From contig JASANG010001107.1 of the NCBI GenBank assembly GCA_030248215.1, forward strand, positions 682,001-746,000: 64,000 nucleotides of DNA, read 5' to 3'. The translations under genes and the position numbers were made by a program. A model generated the notes under the pieces. That model saw nothing but the letters and a program-made list of their open reading frames with translations, searched no databases and was not told where the DNA came from. This document shows, one piece after another, positions 25,784 to 39,200 of this stretch; position 1 is the first letter of the stretch; each line of letters begins with the position of its first letter. The stretch comes from Enoplolaimus lenunculus. Its lineage: Eukaryota.

Positions 25784-26522
25784 AAAACCAGTCGTAGTGG
25801 GACTATATTTATTGAGCGAAGCTCGAACACACGTAAGCAATTAAGGTAATATGCAAATTAGTTATTAGCTAACTATTCATTTATCGCTTTTGGAGATTTG
25901 TAAACAATTTATTCAGATTCCTCGCACCCAAAAACCTTCAGTAAATCCTAATAATTATTGAAATATTTAAAAAGTCCTAGTTTTGTCTTGTCAATTAAGC
26001 TAATATGCAAATTAGCTATTAGCTAACTATTCAGTTATCGGTTTTGGATGTTTTTAAACTATTTATTCAAATTCCTGGCACTTAAAAACCCTTTAGTGCT
26101 GAAATTATATTGCTTTTAACCTTAATAATTAGTGAAATATTGTAAATAGTCCTAATTTAGGCTTTGTGCAAATTATCTATTAGCTAACTGCTCAGTTATC
26201 CGTTTTGGAGGTTTTTAAACAGTCTACGCAGATTTCTCGCACCCAAAAACCTTTTAATGCTAAAATCAGATTGCTTCCAACTGTAATAATTAGTGAAATA
26301 CTGTGGAAAGTCCTAATTTAGACTTAATTAATTATGCAAATTAGCCTGTACCTAATAAACAGCTTAAAATTAATAGCTTTCAAACAAAAAAGTTTATCAA
26401 AATCGGTTCAGCCGTTCGTGAGATTCTTTTCGGACGGACAGACGGACGGACGGACATCCACCTTTCGACCCCCAAGTACAAAACGTAATACGCTTCGCGA
26501 AACTCCGAGCTTCGCTCAATAA
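25784..26522 (-). mobile_element. Non-autonomous Helentron/HINE (DINE-1-like) element, copy 3 (one fewer internal repeat)
   Basis: Termini and microsatellite match copies 1 and 2. The central tandem region is shorter and there is a small internal deletion. Confidence 0.85.
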
Positions 26523-27234
26523 CCTAGTCAGGGAGCGTTGAAAAAGCAAATATATTTCTATGTAACGGAGTTTTTTCTTGTGGTGGCAAAAGTGAAAGAA
26601 TGCCTATATCAGGGTGTAAACGGATAGTAAAAAGAACGGAAACGGATAGCGATCAAAATAACGGAAACGGAAACGAAACGGAAAACGGATATTGAAGTAT
26701 AAAGGTTTCAAAAATGTTTTATCTTTCTGCCAACACAATTGAGGCGAGGCCTGCATATATTCACCGGTTTTTCAAAAATTCGAAAGAAAAAATGGCGGAT
26801 GCGTCGAAATTGTTAAGATTTTGGATGAATTTCATAATTTATATTTCGTTTCAAACAATTGCTGCAGCATATCTGCAACGAACAATTTGTGAGATATGTA
26901 CGTGATTTATAACTAATTTTGAACCTAAAAGTGTCATGATTTTCGTTATTTCTATTACAGAAACGGAAACGGACACCAGGAATATCTTCGATGAAAAGCA
27001 TGAAATTTGATTTAATTTAAATTTTGAAAATATTGTTTTAAATTCTGATTCAAAATTTAACATTTCGTTTATTATTTATAGTTTGGGCCAATGTATAGAT
27101 TATGGCCGTACCAGTAGCATAAGGGTATTCCTGAGCCAATGCCTAAGCGTAAGGATGAGGCTATACCTAACCTAAGCCTAGCAAAAAATTAGTTACAACC
27201 ATATTTGAATTAAAATACTCCGTAATATATCTTG

Positions 27235-27700
27235 ACAGTGCCGCCTGTTCCCACTGTTCCAACAGTCCTAACTGACTCAGCTGTTTCCACTGCCCTGCAG
27301 TCCCAACTGTCCACTCTGTAAAAATTGTCCTGACTGTCCAACTATCCCCACTGTCCCGCTACCTACTGTGCCCACTGTCCCACCTGTAACCACTGTCTCA
27401 ACTGTCCGACTGTTTCAACTTTCCCGCTGTCCAAGTGACCCAGTTCCAACTGTACACAATGTCCCAACTGTCCCATATTCCCACCTGTCTCAGCTGTCCA
27501 ACTGTCCCAACTATCCCGCTATCCCAACTGTTCCGCTGTCCTAACTGTCATCATTGTCCCAACTGAAGCGCTGTCCCATTTGTACACCGTGTCCCAACTG
27601 TCCGAACTATCCCGATGTCCCAACTGTTTCGCCGTCCCAATTGTTCCCTGTGTCAACTATCCCGCTGTCTCAACTGTCCCGTTGTTCCCACTGTCCCAAT
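27235..27700. repeat. Degenerate ~9-bp minisatellite (ACTGTCCCA-like)
   Basis: Dozens of CTGTCCCAA/CTGTCCCAC variants; strongly C-rich on the + strand. Confidence 0.85.
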
Positions 27701-30555
27701 TATATTTGTTGTGCGCACTCATGGTACATTGCTGTCCCGGGACAATGGGACTGCCTTTAGCGTAACATTGGCCGGGTCGGTTTATATCGGATACGTATAT
27801 AAGGTTTTGCGAAACTAACCGGAACCGGATATCCGGTCGCACAAACTGCAAATGCAGCTTGGCACAAAACTATTCATTTTACACTATTATAAAATCTGAA
27901 AATTGTTTTCTTGAATGCATGAGTGATCATTTGAATATTTTACATTATAAAACTAAACTCGTCTTCAGTTTTCAGTGTAAAATTGGAGATGTTTGGCAGT
28001 GATGTGACGATGCGCTGGCATAAATACTTCACGACTTTATAGCAAATATTAATGTTTAGTTTCTTGAACAATCTTAAACTACAGTCTAAAACCACATGAC
28101 ACTTTTTCAAGAAATAAAATGTACAATAAACTCTGGTGAAATGATACTGTATCACAAGTTTTAACTGATTTTAATATTGCATGAAATGCGTTAGAAAAAT
28201 AATTTAACTTTTAATATTGAAAATATTTTGTTTCATTTTATAAAACATTTTATTATAAGTCATAAAATTGAAAAAAAACTGCCATAAACGCTCGGCATTA
28301 CAGCAGTAAAACAGCAAGGAAAAGCAACGCGTATATATCGTTTGTCTAAAAACCCAGAAATTGTTCAAAATGAAATTGCTGCAATCGTTAAAGTTGTATC
28401 CCAGTAGCTTACAATGCGAAAAAAATGACACGCGCTGATGTCTTAGGTACAGTTTTCAAAAAAATAAAATACAATGAAAAACCTGTAATATAGTGAAACT
28501 AAAAAATACTTTTACATTTTTAGATTGTTTAGGTCTGGAAAACAACCATATATGAATATGAAGCAGTGTCATAAAATTTTAGAGTTGCTAACAGTGACTA
28601 GACTATTTAGATAGATTTCTGTGTAGTCAAGATTCTGGTTCGGGGCAAACTGGACCAACTTCTTAGGCATGTGTTGTTTTGTATTTAAAAATCCATTCGT
28701 ATCAGCTAGTATTTAGTTTTACTACCTGAATAAGTTTGTCAAAATCAATGAATGAAGCCATGCCCCCTCTGGTTATGCTCAAAATGACAGGGTGCGTGTG
28801 GTAGCTGTGAAAATGAGTAGCGTCAATATTGATGTTACCGGACAGTTTAATTTCATTTTTCTCCAGTGTAAGAAATATAGTTTTGTTATTATAATTGGCC
28901 ATATAGTTTTGCGTTTATGTGAAACGCAAGTCAACCAAACGACGCATCAAACAATATTTTTTGGTTTAAATTTTGAAAAACAAAGTTTAAATGTTTTTTG
29001 GGTTGAAATGTAAAAATGATATCCGAATGTCATCTAAAAATTAGTTATCGATCATTGATTTATTTTTAATGAGTTTCACAGAAACTATTTAAACGTTTGT
29101 AAAATTGCGGTGTCTATCAGTTTTACTTGTATTAAAATCGCATCAGTTTAACTACGCTGTTCCGTTTGTCGTCTTGCAAGTTGATACTACACTGCAGCTG
29201 AATCTTCTGAGGTACGTATAAAGTTAAGTATACGATATGAATTTAAAACTTCTGTCCATGGTTTTATATGAATCTTCTAGCTCCGTTTGGATACGAAATT
29301 CACTTTTTCGGAATTTTGGCACGGAAGTTGATGTTAGATTAGTTTGCATAGCATTTTGTTTGTGATTTTTTTTGCTTTGTGCAGAAAGGCGTAACCAGGA
29401 TTCTGGTTCGTGGATTGCCTAGTCAATTAATATATAAAATTTTGTTTTATAAGCTTATTTGGTTCATCTATAGGGTTTAGTTGTATGTTAGAAATAAATT
29501 TGTTAAATTCACTCGAAGATCCATGTTTTTTCCCTCCGCTACGTTTCTGATTTTGCAGCAGTATCATAAAGTTACATTTTTTCTTGCTAGCGCTGTGGCG
29601 GATCCAGGGGCGCTCAGAGGGTTCGAGGTTTCCACTTTATAACCCCAACTTTTGCAAAATATAGCAAATTCCAAGATGAATGCTGTAATTTATTCAGCTT
29701 CTTGCTCGCGAAATCAGTCGGACTGTTTCATTGTGAAAATTTTGATCAAAAATTGGCAATTGCAATTTTATTAATTTTTCATTTTCGTACAATTTTACGC
29801 TCGTGACCGGAATGAATGGCTTTGTTTTACAGATATATCAAAACACGCATCCATTCTCAATCCCGTCAGAAACTTTTGGATCCGCCATTTGGTTCGGGAA
29901 CATTGGCAATCGCCAATGGCCTCGGTGGGTGACAATGGGGCTTTGGTGAATCCCATGTTGGTCTCGTTGAATTTTGAAGAGACCTCTGTGTGCCACGCTT
30001 AGGAGCCTCGCCTGCCTTCAAATTGCCATATATCCGTTGTCTTTATAACAGTATTCCATGCAGCGCCCTTCAGCGATGGGTAGCTTGTCCCATATAAATA
30101 TTAATTCTTGAGAAAAGTTCGCCATGATTTATCCTGTAAATTCCAAAACGCATGGATTTCGATTAAAACGCTCAAAAGTTGTATTTAGAAATATAATAGC
30201 GATATTGCTCGATTTTGAGACCTTTTTTGAAAATTATGAATCCGTGACTGTAGCTTAATATTAACACAACTCTGGTGTGTTGCATTCCCCCTCGAATGGA
30301 AATGCAACTTCATGTATATAGACCATTTTAGAAGAACTAAAATATGGAATGTCATATAGGTTAAATTTACAGAGTATTTAGTAAATTTTTCGCAATTTGT
30401 TTGGAAAGAATTTCAATAAAGTTTTAAAACAGCGCATTTTTCATCATAAATTACCGTGGCTTTGTTTCTACAGCTTAGAGAAAATTGCATCGTACTCATT
30501 AATTTATTATAGTTGAATTCTTCCATTATACGTATTCAGCAGTATTTGAGTTTTG

Positions 30556-30561
30556 TTTCAG
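30556..30561 (+). promoter_or_regulatory. Candidate trans-splice (SL) acceptor TTTCAG 12 nt upstream of the collagen ATG
   Basis: The sequence reads ttttgtttcag|aaaacagccatcATG. TTTCAG is the canonical nematode 3' splice consensus. It could instead be a cis acceptor for a 5'UTR intron. Confidence 0.55.
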
Positions 30562-30573
30562 AAAACAGCCATC

Positions 30574-32710
30574 ATGACTGCACAATACGCAGCTTATTTG
30601 GCTAACGTTTTGAGCATCGGCGCCATGCTGGGCTGCCTGATTGCGGTTCCAATGATTTACCAGAAAGTCAATGTTATTACCATGGAGGTTCAGACGGAAA
30701 TTGACGAATTCCGAGTAAGTTCCAGCCTTGACAAATAAATGCCTGCGAGCATGTAATCGAATGTGCGTTTTTGTTTTCGATTATAATCGATGTTCGTTGT
30801 CGTTTCCGTTGTGCAAGCATAGGAATTTGCCATTTTGCATCTCTAGTTGTTGTATTATGTGCAGTCTTTCATTCAAAATTTTAATATGAATTATAAATAC
30901 TATGAAAATTGTCGGATGTAAAAAATTCTGCAGAATTGAGTGCCGACCATTTAGCAAGTTGGATAATTTTGCTGAGAAGCTATGTAAATATTTGCAGCTT
31001 TTATCGGACGATGTTTGGACTGAAATTCGTAGTGCGCATGCCCGTGCTCCCAAACGTGTTACTCGTCAAGTTGAACGACTTTGCAGTAAGTTAATATAGT
31101 CATAGGTTGGATTTTGGACTATGGTTAATGACAATATTGATTTGAAGCGGGTATAAGCATTGTAGAATAGAAACAAATGTTTTGTGGTACGATTCTATCC
31201 AAGGGAACCTAGTAGATTTTGAATTGAACTCTTGTCGGTTGTTTTTGTATCATGTCCAATGTGAGGAACAAGCTCCATAACCTCATGTAGTTATGTCTAA
31301 CGAACTGAGAAATCAATAACCAGTATACAATTAATACGTGAAATGTCGGGGAACAGTTTGAAATGATGAAAAGCTTTCGAAATACTTTTTGAAGCTGAAC
31401 ATAAAATAATCAGAATAAAAACTATTTTAACAATTATATACCATAAGGATTTATTAAAATTATCCAAATTTATTGCGAATTTACAGAATGTAACGAGCAA
31501 AGTAATTGTCCTGCTGGGCCGCCTGGTCCCCCGGGTGAGCCAGGCTCTGATGGCTCGCCTGGAGAACGTGGTGCTGATGGGCTACCAGGCCAAGATGGCA
31601 CAGCAGCGCCTGTTCCGCGCGGCGAGGATGGTACATGCCGAATGTGCCCTAAAGGGCCACCTGGTCCGCCAGGTCCCCAAGGGCCTCCGGGTCCTCCTGT
31701 AAGTTTACTAACTAAACGCTCTGTCTCAATTTACCATCTAAAATTTTAAATTTTGCATCGTTTAAAGCGGTGTGAACGTTTATCAACTTTTTTAATTAGT
31801 TCATATTATATCTTGTCACAGCTGCTTTACTGTTACTAGCTTTGTTCTAACGTCTTATCTTCAGGTTAAACGTAATTTTCGCAAATATTTCAATGTTTTC
31901 CTAGCCCGGCAATTTAATCACCAATAAAAACGCATATAACAGACGATGCTGAAACTAATAACGCCTGGTGACAAACACTTTGGGGCGTGCATAATTTATT
32001 TATATATTGTATTTTCGTGTCAGAGCATGAAAAGCTAGAAGTAAGTATATAGATAGCTGATTGGAATTGCAAGAAAGCATTAATTTATTTTGTATTGTAG
32101 GGAATTCCGGGAAGCAGCGGCGGCCGTGGTGTCGATGGTATGCCTTCGTCAGATGGAGCTGCTGGACCTCCTGGACCTCCCGGAAATGCTGGCAGACCTG
32201 GTGAACGTGGACCTGCTGGTTCACCCGGCCAGCCTGGCACTCGTGGACAAAAGGGACCGCCTGGACCACCAGGTTTGTAGCTGCTCTAGTCCTGTTTTAG
32301 TGTTTAACTGTGAAAGTGTATTAAATACAGCCAATCATTTGCGCATTGTTTATGCAAAATGTATCTTATCCTGATGTTGATTAGGTTTATCAAACCAGTG
32401 TTTTAGATCAACGCTTATCCTATTCCTGAACTTTAACTAATTGTTATATTGACAGTCTACATAGTTAAACCATCGGGTTTTAGGTCCATCTGGCCCGCGT
32501 GGTCCTCCAGGACCACCTGGAAACAACGGTAATCCTGGCAACGATGGTGATCCAGGTGCCCCTGGCGACAAAGGTGCAGATGGCGAGCCAGGTAACCCTG
32601 GTACTCCTGGTAATCCTGGACCACAGGGTCCTCCTGGTCCTCCTGGCAAAGATGCGCAATACTGTCCTTGCCCACGTCGATCAAACCTCAAACGCTCGAA
32701 GAAAGCGTAA
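30574..32710 (+). CDS. Nematode cuticle collagen; 5 exons
   Basis: Exons 30574-30714, 30998-31085, 31487-31698, 32101-32272 and 32484-32710. The product has a Col_cuticle_N-like hydrophobic N-terminus, an RVTR furin-type site, [18 protein letters not shown], interrupted Gly-X-Y blocks with CRMCP, and C-terminal [13 protein letters not shown]. Confidence 0.96.
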
Positions 32711-34936
32711 ATCGAATCACTTGCAAGTCAACGATTCAAATACAACAGTTGGATATATGGACAGCGCAATGTGCTAGATCAAATATAAATATACTAAATA
32801 ATTTAAAATTCTTTTAATTGCGTACTCGTAAATCGTAATTTGTCCGATTCTTTGCACAGCTAGAAAGAAGTACATCTTGGTGCTTGAGGGTTAAAAATAG
32901 TAATATCTTTTTCATTCACAATGTTGTTCGTTTCGGGCTCATAGATTTTACTGATATTGACAATTTCTACAGCGCGTGTTTTAAATGGCAGTAGGCCTTT
33001 CCATAGTTTTGTGCAAATTACAGTCCTGGTTTAAATGTTTGTCGCAAGTTCTACTTGTTTGCCTTAAAATTCTTTGTGTTTTGGGTGTAGCAATCCTAAA
33101 ATATTGTTCTGTTTTGCTAGAATTCGAGTTCTTTCGTATTTCACCAAATTATGTTTCAAAGTGTTGTGTTGTTGCAAACTGTTTGAATTATTAATGATTA
33201 GAAAAAATGCAATAATATGAACGAAACCAGAAGAAGTTTTGGCGCATGTATACGATTGGTTTGAAAAAATGTTTTTAGTGGGTTTTCTGTCTAACGCATT
33301 TTAATAAAATTTTTTGTTTCGCTTAAATTTAAATTGTCTGGAAACTGCTAATTTTGTGTCAGTTTTTGACGTTCACTACTGTGTCTTTCATTTTTCGTAA
33401 AATAAAGTTTTGGCTTTGAATTCAGTGTGTGGTCTTCAATGTGGAATAACGAATGTATGATGACTTCATTTAGTTTAGCACAATTGGACAGGAAAAATAG
33501 CTGAGCAGACGCTACAACTTAGCTTAAATTTGCCAATCCGGAGGCGAAGGTAAAATGAAAAAAGCGGTTAATTTAATACTCTGCGTGTTTTCGCTGTGGC
33601 ATTGTATTCGTAGAACAGTGGTTTTGTCGTTGTTCTGCTATTAATGATGTACGATGAGAAAAATTGGAACTCAAGAAGTAAAATTTGCTACATGGAAAGT
33701 CACATACTCACACTACCAACTGATCAGTTACCAGAACTACGTGGTTCAGACAATTTTTTTCGCATAAGTAAACAATTCCATTAAGCTGTTAGTTTACAAT
33801 ATCCGAAACAACGGTCCATACTTAAAAGACCAGGGGCGCAACGTTTTTCTGCGGGACTGAAATAGAGTAATCTTAAGCTAGAGACTAATTTTTTGCTTAG
33901 GCTCAGGCTTAGGCTTTTAGGAATATATATACTTTACTACTGTTACGGCTCAGTTCTATACATTAGCCAAAAGAACCATAGTAAATAATACTGAAATGGA
34001 ACCGTACTGTAGTGACCCGAATATTATAAATAAACGGAACCGGATAAAATTACAGTGGACATGATAGATGATGATGGTTCGTCCGCAAGACCTGTTGAAA
34101 GTAAATAATGTTTTATTGGCGGTATTTAATTTAAAGACTTATTGTTACTGACTGCGGATTTACGTACTCTATTATTGTATAGATACTAAGAATAAGAATT
34201 ACAACAGTAGGAAAACATTGTAGGAGCCACACGACATGCATTCGAACAAATTAAAAGTTTGATGCAAAAAAATCGCAATCTTAAGTTTTGTGACGATCTA
34301 TTTGTGCGCGGCTACCCTATTTTGGAGTATGGGAGGCCGTTAAGCACCCCACTGCCACTAATGCAATTCAACCATGCAAATCTTTACTTAGGAATTTATA
34401 GGGAAAACATATCTGGTGCTACCAAATTTTTAAGATATTGCTTGAATTTCATCATTTTTGTTTCAAAAAGAACCATAGCAGCACATAAATGAAAGTGAGT
34501 GAATTATACGTGATTGACAACTAATTTCATGAGCATAAAAATAACTCCGTATTTTCGGCACGGAAACTATTTGAAAATCGACAACGATAATTATCGAAAG
34601 CGGAGACGGATATCCGGTTACACAACAACCTGCTTGTATCTAAATACTACACGAGTCTGTGACATGTTAAGGGCCAAAAAATACAGATGGGCAGCAAAAA
34701 CAATCCACATTGTTGTATATGAATTTGCCGTTTCTGGTTTTTTAAGACGCAACACTGGCACCCTTAAGCTACCATTTTGGATCACAATGGAAACTGCTGC
34801 TTGACGCTAAATACGATATTTTGACGCGTTCGTTCTACAAGATTTATTCTAGAAAAACGTAATTTTTCGCCGAAAATTCGTCAATGTGATGAGTTTTCAA
34901 TTCGCGTTGGTGCTTTTCTTAAATTTCACATTTTGA

Positions 34937-35284
34937 TGTAGTGACCCGAATAAGAGGGGGGTGGCTAATAAGGGGGACCTCCATTTTGAGTCCCAATGAA
35001 TAGGAAACCGTATCCCTAATAAGAGCCCGTATGCGGATAGAGTCCCTTAACCCCAATTACGGTCCATGAATGTTTGAAGGTATATTCGTAAGTAACTTGC
35101 ATTATCGCTCAAGCTTTTGATAAGAAGACAAATAAACGTTTAATTCAACGGCACCGAATATATATCAGTAACGGACGGCAGAGGGCGGGTTATTAATAAA
35201 TAGCAGTCCGTAACCGAATAACAGATGGGAACCCTCTGGAGAGGCCAACTAAATATCAGTTCCCCTCTTATTCGGGTCACTACA
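34937..35284. mobile_element. MITE with TGTAGTGACCCGAATAAGAGGGG TIRs (possibly Tc1/mariner-like)
   Basis: The TIR pair is visible at both ends. Related full or partial copies lie at ~14761-15190, ~24012-24210, ~44830-45010 and ~59090-59449. Confidence 0.8.
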
Positions 35285-36220
35285 GTGTTTTATCTTTCAC
35301 ATAAAGGATTTAAAACTGAATCCACTGCTACATTTAAATTTACAAATTTGGCAATAGGCGAACAGGCTCGTAGCCAGCTCAAACTAATGCTAGGGCGGCA
35401 AAACTATTTAGGTGGGGCATCAGGAGATTTTGCATGGCCTACTGTCTGGGCTTCGAGCGAGAAGTCAAATGCAATTTTAGTGCTGGTTCCTTAACTTTAG
35501 TTTTAATTCCATTTCGAGAGCTACGACCTGGATCGGGTGATTCCTCATTGTAGTTCGATCCGCCAGCTCTGTCCTGCCATATTATAGCTTGTTTCAATTT
35601 GACTTTCGTGTATTGTCGTTTATATATTGACAGACTGACGTTTATAAACAGCAACATTAATATATGTTACTTTGTTACTGTATTTTGTTTATTTATTTTT
35701 ATTGTACTGCACGGAAAACAATCATAGTGCTCGTCTGGTTATCTTTCGATTGACAGCAATGTGTTTTATAGTGCCACCACCTGTATTTTATATGTTTTAT
35801 TCAGTTTGAAGCATTGTAGCGGCTGTTGTGTTGCACATTTTTGCTGTGTCGCAATAATTGCTTTAATGATAGATTGACATTGAACACTAGTGACCCGGCT
35901 AATGTAAAGATTAGGGGCGATGTTTGTCAGAGTAACGCTTGAGTTTTTCTGTGGCACCGGAATAGAGTAACACTTAAGCTTTAGACTAAATTTTGGACTC
36001 GCTTTGGTTTAGGTGTAACCTCAGTCTTACGCCTAGGCTTAAGAATATGCTCATACTATTGTTCTGTTCTTGTTCTACGCGTTGGCGACTGACCCTATGA
36101 GCCCACCTAACGTCACTACTGGCTGGCTTCACGATGCGGCAGGCTCTGTGAAGTACACGCATGGCATAATTCAGGCTATTTCTGTTTAACTTAAATAAAA
36201 TTGATACACAAGTATTATAT

Positions 36221-39200
36221 ATGGCTGAAAAGGCGGGTTTTGCAAAAATTGCCTTCTTTGTTGTTTGCACAGCTGTCGGAGTGAAGTGGCTTCCGGATTT
36301 CTATACTCGATATGGTTTAGATTATCCTGTTGATGGATGGGTAGCCGAAGGTTACGAACCGGTTATGGAAGCGTTCAAGTACGTAGCATACTATATTATA
36401 TAATCAGGGACAGGAGGCGGAACGATTTTTTTCTAGGCATGTCATACAGTGGCGCAGTAGCTAAACCAATAATGGAGGGGCTGTGAACACTGACATTGAA
36501 TTCGATCTTTGGCACGCAGCCACGTGTCAAACGACGAAAGAAACTTGACACCAGATAATGTAGAAAGGTGTAAATTTTTAAACTGTTTTACCGTATGAGT
36601 GAAAAATAAGTAATGCACTCCTGAAATGTGCTGTTAAATCTAAAAATATTTCTGGCCTTTTGAAAGGTAGTTACAATATATGGTATTCCATTTGCTCAGA
36701 TTCTTCGCGCTTCTATAGAGGTTATATTTGTCTTTGGTGTGGAACAATATGTTTACAGGTTTCTGAAAGAGGTCTTAGGACAAATTGCGACGAAACCATA
36801 AACAAATGTGTGATTTTTGCGCTCTTAAGTTCTTAACTACAACGATTTTGTACACACAAGAATGTTTTGATTCACGGACCGCCCATCGGAAAACAACCTA
36901 GTTTTAACGATGATACGTGTAATGTGCAATATTTGTCCGGTATTATATTTCTTAATTAATGGTTTTTTGAAAGTTACTGATAGAGTTTTTGTATATGACG
37001 TAAATCGTGAGTTACATCTATGCACTGTAAAATTACACAGTTGTATTGAACGCAGACGAAAAAATAAGGGCAGGTAATGTCGGTAACGGTAAAGGAATTT
37101 AGAGCGGGTAAAGACGGGTAACGGGAACGGGTAAAGGAATTTTGCGCGGATAAAAACTAAATATTCTGCGAGTAAAGGGCAACGCGGGTAAAAAATCTTT
37201 ACCCACTTACACCTCTGAGTGACACCCCTATATTTGTCTAGGGGTGTCCGACTGATACCCCCGAAGACACCCCGTTCCTCGTGCCTGCATATAATTATAA
37301 ACAGCTCGAAATTATTGTTAGATTAAAAAAGTTGTAGTGGATAAGTCCGTAGCCAGCTGAACATGTTAGGGGAAACAAAACTATTTTAAATCAAAATGGC
37401 AAGTTATTGATTTCATAATACTTATGCTAGGTTAAAACATTTCTTGGGGGCGATTAAATGTTTCTATGAGGCTTACCTAGCCATCGCCAGCATATGTTTT
37501 ACATTGATTCCTGTTATCGGCCGAAGTTTAAGCCAAGTTTTATTTATGGGCATCACCAAAATTTCGGTTACGGGCCGCACTCTAACATTTGTACTAGTAA
37601 GGGTGGCGTTATACGGGACCTACGGCGCTGTCCGTCGGTGTCCGTCACCATACGTCACGCCGGATGACATATGTAAACAAGTAAAACGCCACCCTAACAG
37701 AAACCACAAATGTCTCAGACGCGTAATTGCAAAAATCATAGCAGCCCCTTTAAATATTAAGTTTCAGTTTGTGACTATCATTTTGTTCATACCTTTCGTA
37801 CGAGTGCCGTACGTAGTGAGCAAACTTTGTGAACGAAGCGAGCCAAAAGCCATGTGCATTTTCTGAATTAAAATTTGTCAAAAAAGTCCATTTTTGTATC
37901 CAGTAATGTTTCTAAAATTCATTTTATTTTTGCACGGCAACGGCATTGATTGGACATGGCAAGTATTTAAATTTCTTACACCAGGAACATAACCGTACAT
38001 TGGCGTGGGTTGTCCGCCCTCAAAATTAAACTTCGGTCTTTTTTGCAGTGTAGTTTACAAGGTAAAATTTTACGATTGGTAGGTTCCAATGCAGAAAGAA
38101 AATTACATATCGCAAGGACCGATTGCCGGTTGTGGCCTCATCACCCGACCAGCACCTTGTGGTCTGTCCAGACGCCTTGCGGTTCACGAGGCTCCGATAA
38201 CCTTGACGGAAGTTCTGCGTACAATATTTGTGTTCGTGAAAATATCGCCAGCTAAGTGAGCAAGAAGTTGGACGCATGTTTTAATCTATTAGCACAAAGA
38301 ACAGTTCTTCCAAGTATTCGTCTGTAAAAAGTCTGCAAAATTTTTCGAAAACATTGAGGCCCCATGCCCCTCATGCCCCATCCGTTCGCTACATTTTGCT
38401 CTGTAAGCACAATGGACGAATTGCATCGTCAATACGGTTGGTGGGGGTATTCATTCTTTCATCAATCACCCCTACCTGAATTCACTCTGTAACAAGTAAC
38501 TTAAGTTTCACCTGAAGAACAAGAAGGTGATGAGGTTGAATTTTTAGTTATCTTGCCATCATTGTTCTGATCTTTTTGCAGGAATTGTAGCATTTGTGAA
38601 GCACGTAATATTGCTTACAGCAATCGCATAATTCCATGTTGGTTTTAGAGGTGTTTTGCTTGCCCAACGGCAATGCAGTAGGCTTAGGATTTAGATATTT
38701 TATTGGTTTAGGCTTACGCATAGTATTTTGCTTAGGTTTGGTTTCAGACTTATTAATTTTACGCTGATGTTTTAAGCTTAGGCGCAGTAATATGCTTAAG
38801 CCACAATAACGCCTGTTACATATTTTAGAGCCAACTTCAAAAATGGTCTCGAAACCGACGGTGCTGCGTTCTCAGCTTACAAAGATGGAAAATTAATCGT
38901 TGATATTTGGGGCGGATTTGCGGATATTGAAATGCAACGGCCGTGGAAAAAAGATACAATGTCTGTATATTATTCTTCAACAAAGGTATATTTATTATAC
39001 GTATATAGTGAAACACACGTTTTTGAATTATACAAATTTTAGACGTTGGTGTTAAAAACGTGCGTTGCAAGCCCGATTCTGCGAGGTAATAAGAGACAAA
39101 CGGTTGCAAATTTCTCATTGATCAGCGTCAGAACTAAAGTTATCTTGACCAATCATTGATTTTTGTACGACTGCTACTATTTTGATTATAGTTTAATTTA

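Noticed and set aside
32437..32777. Alternative-frame and antisense ORFs over the collagen, and similar ones over the lipocalin, SMS and SDR exons
   Set aside because: These are shadows of GC-rich coding exons with no independent evidence.
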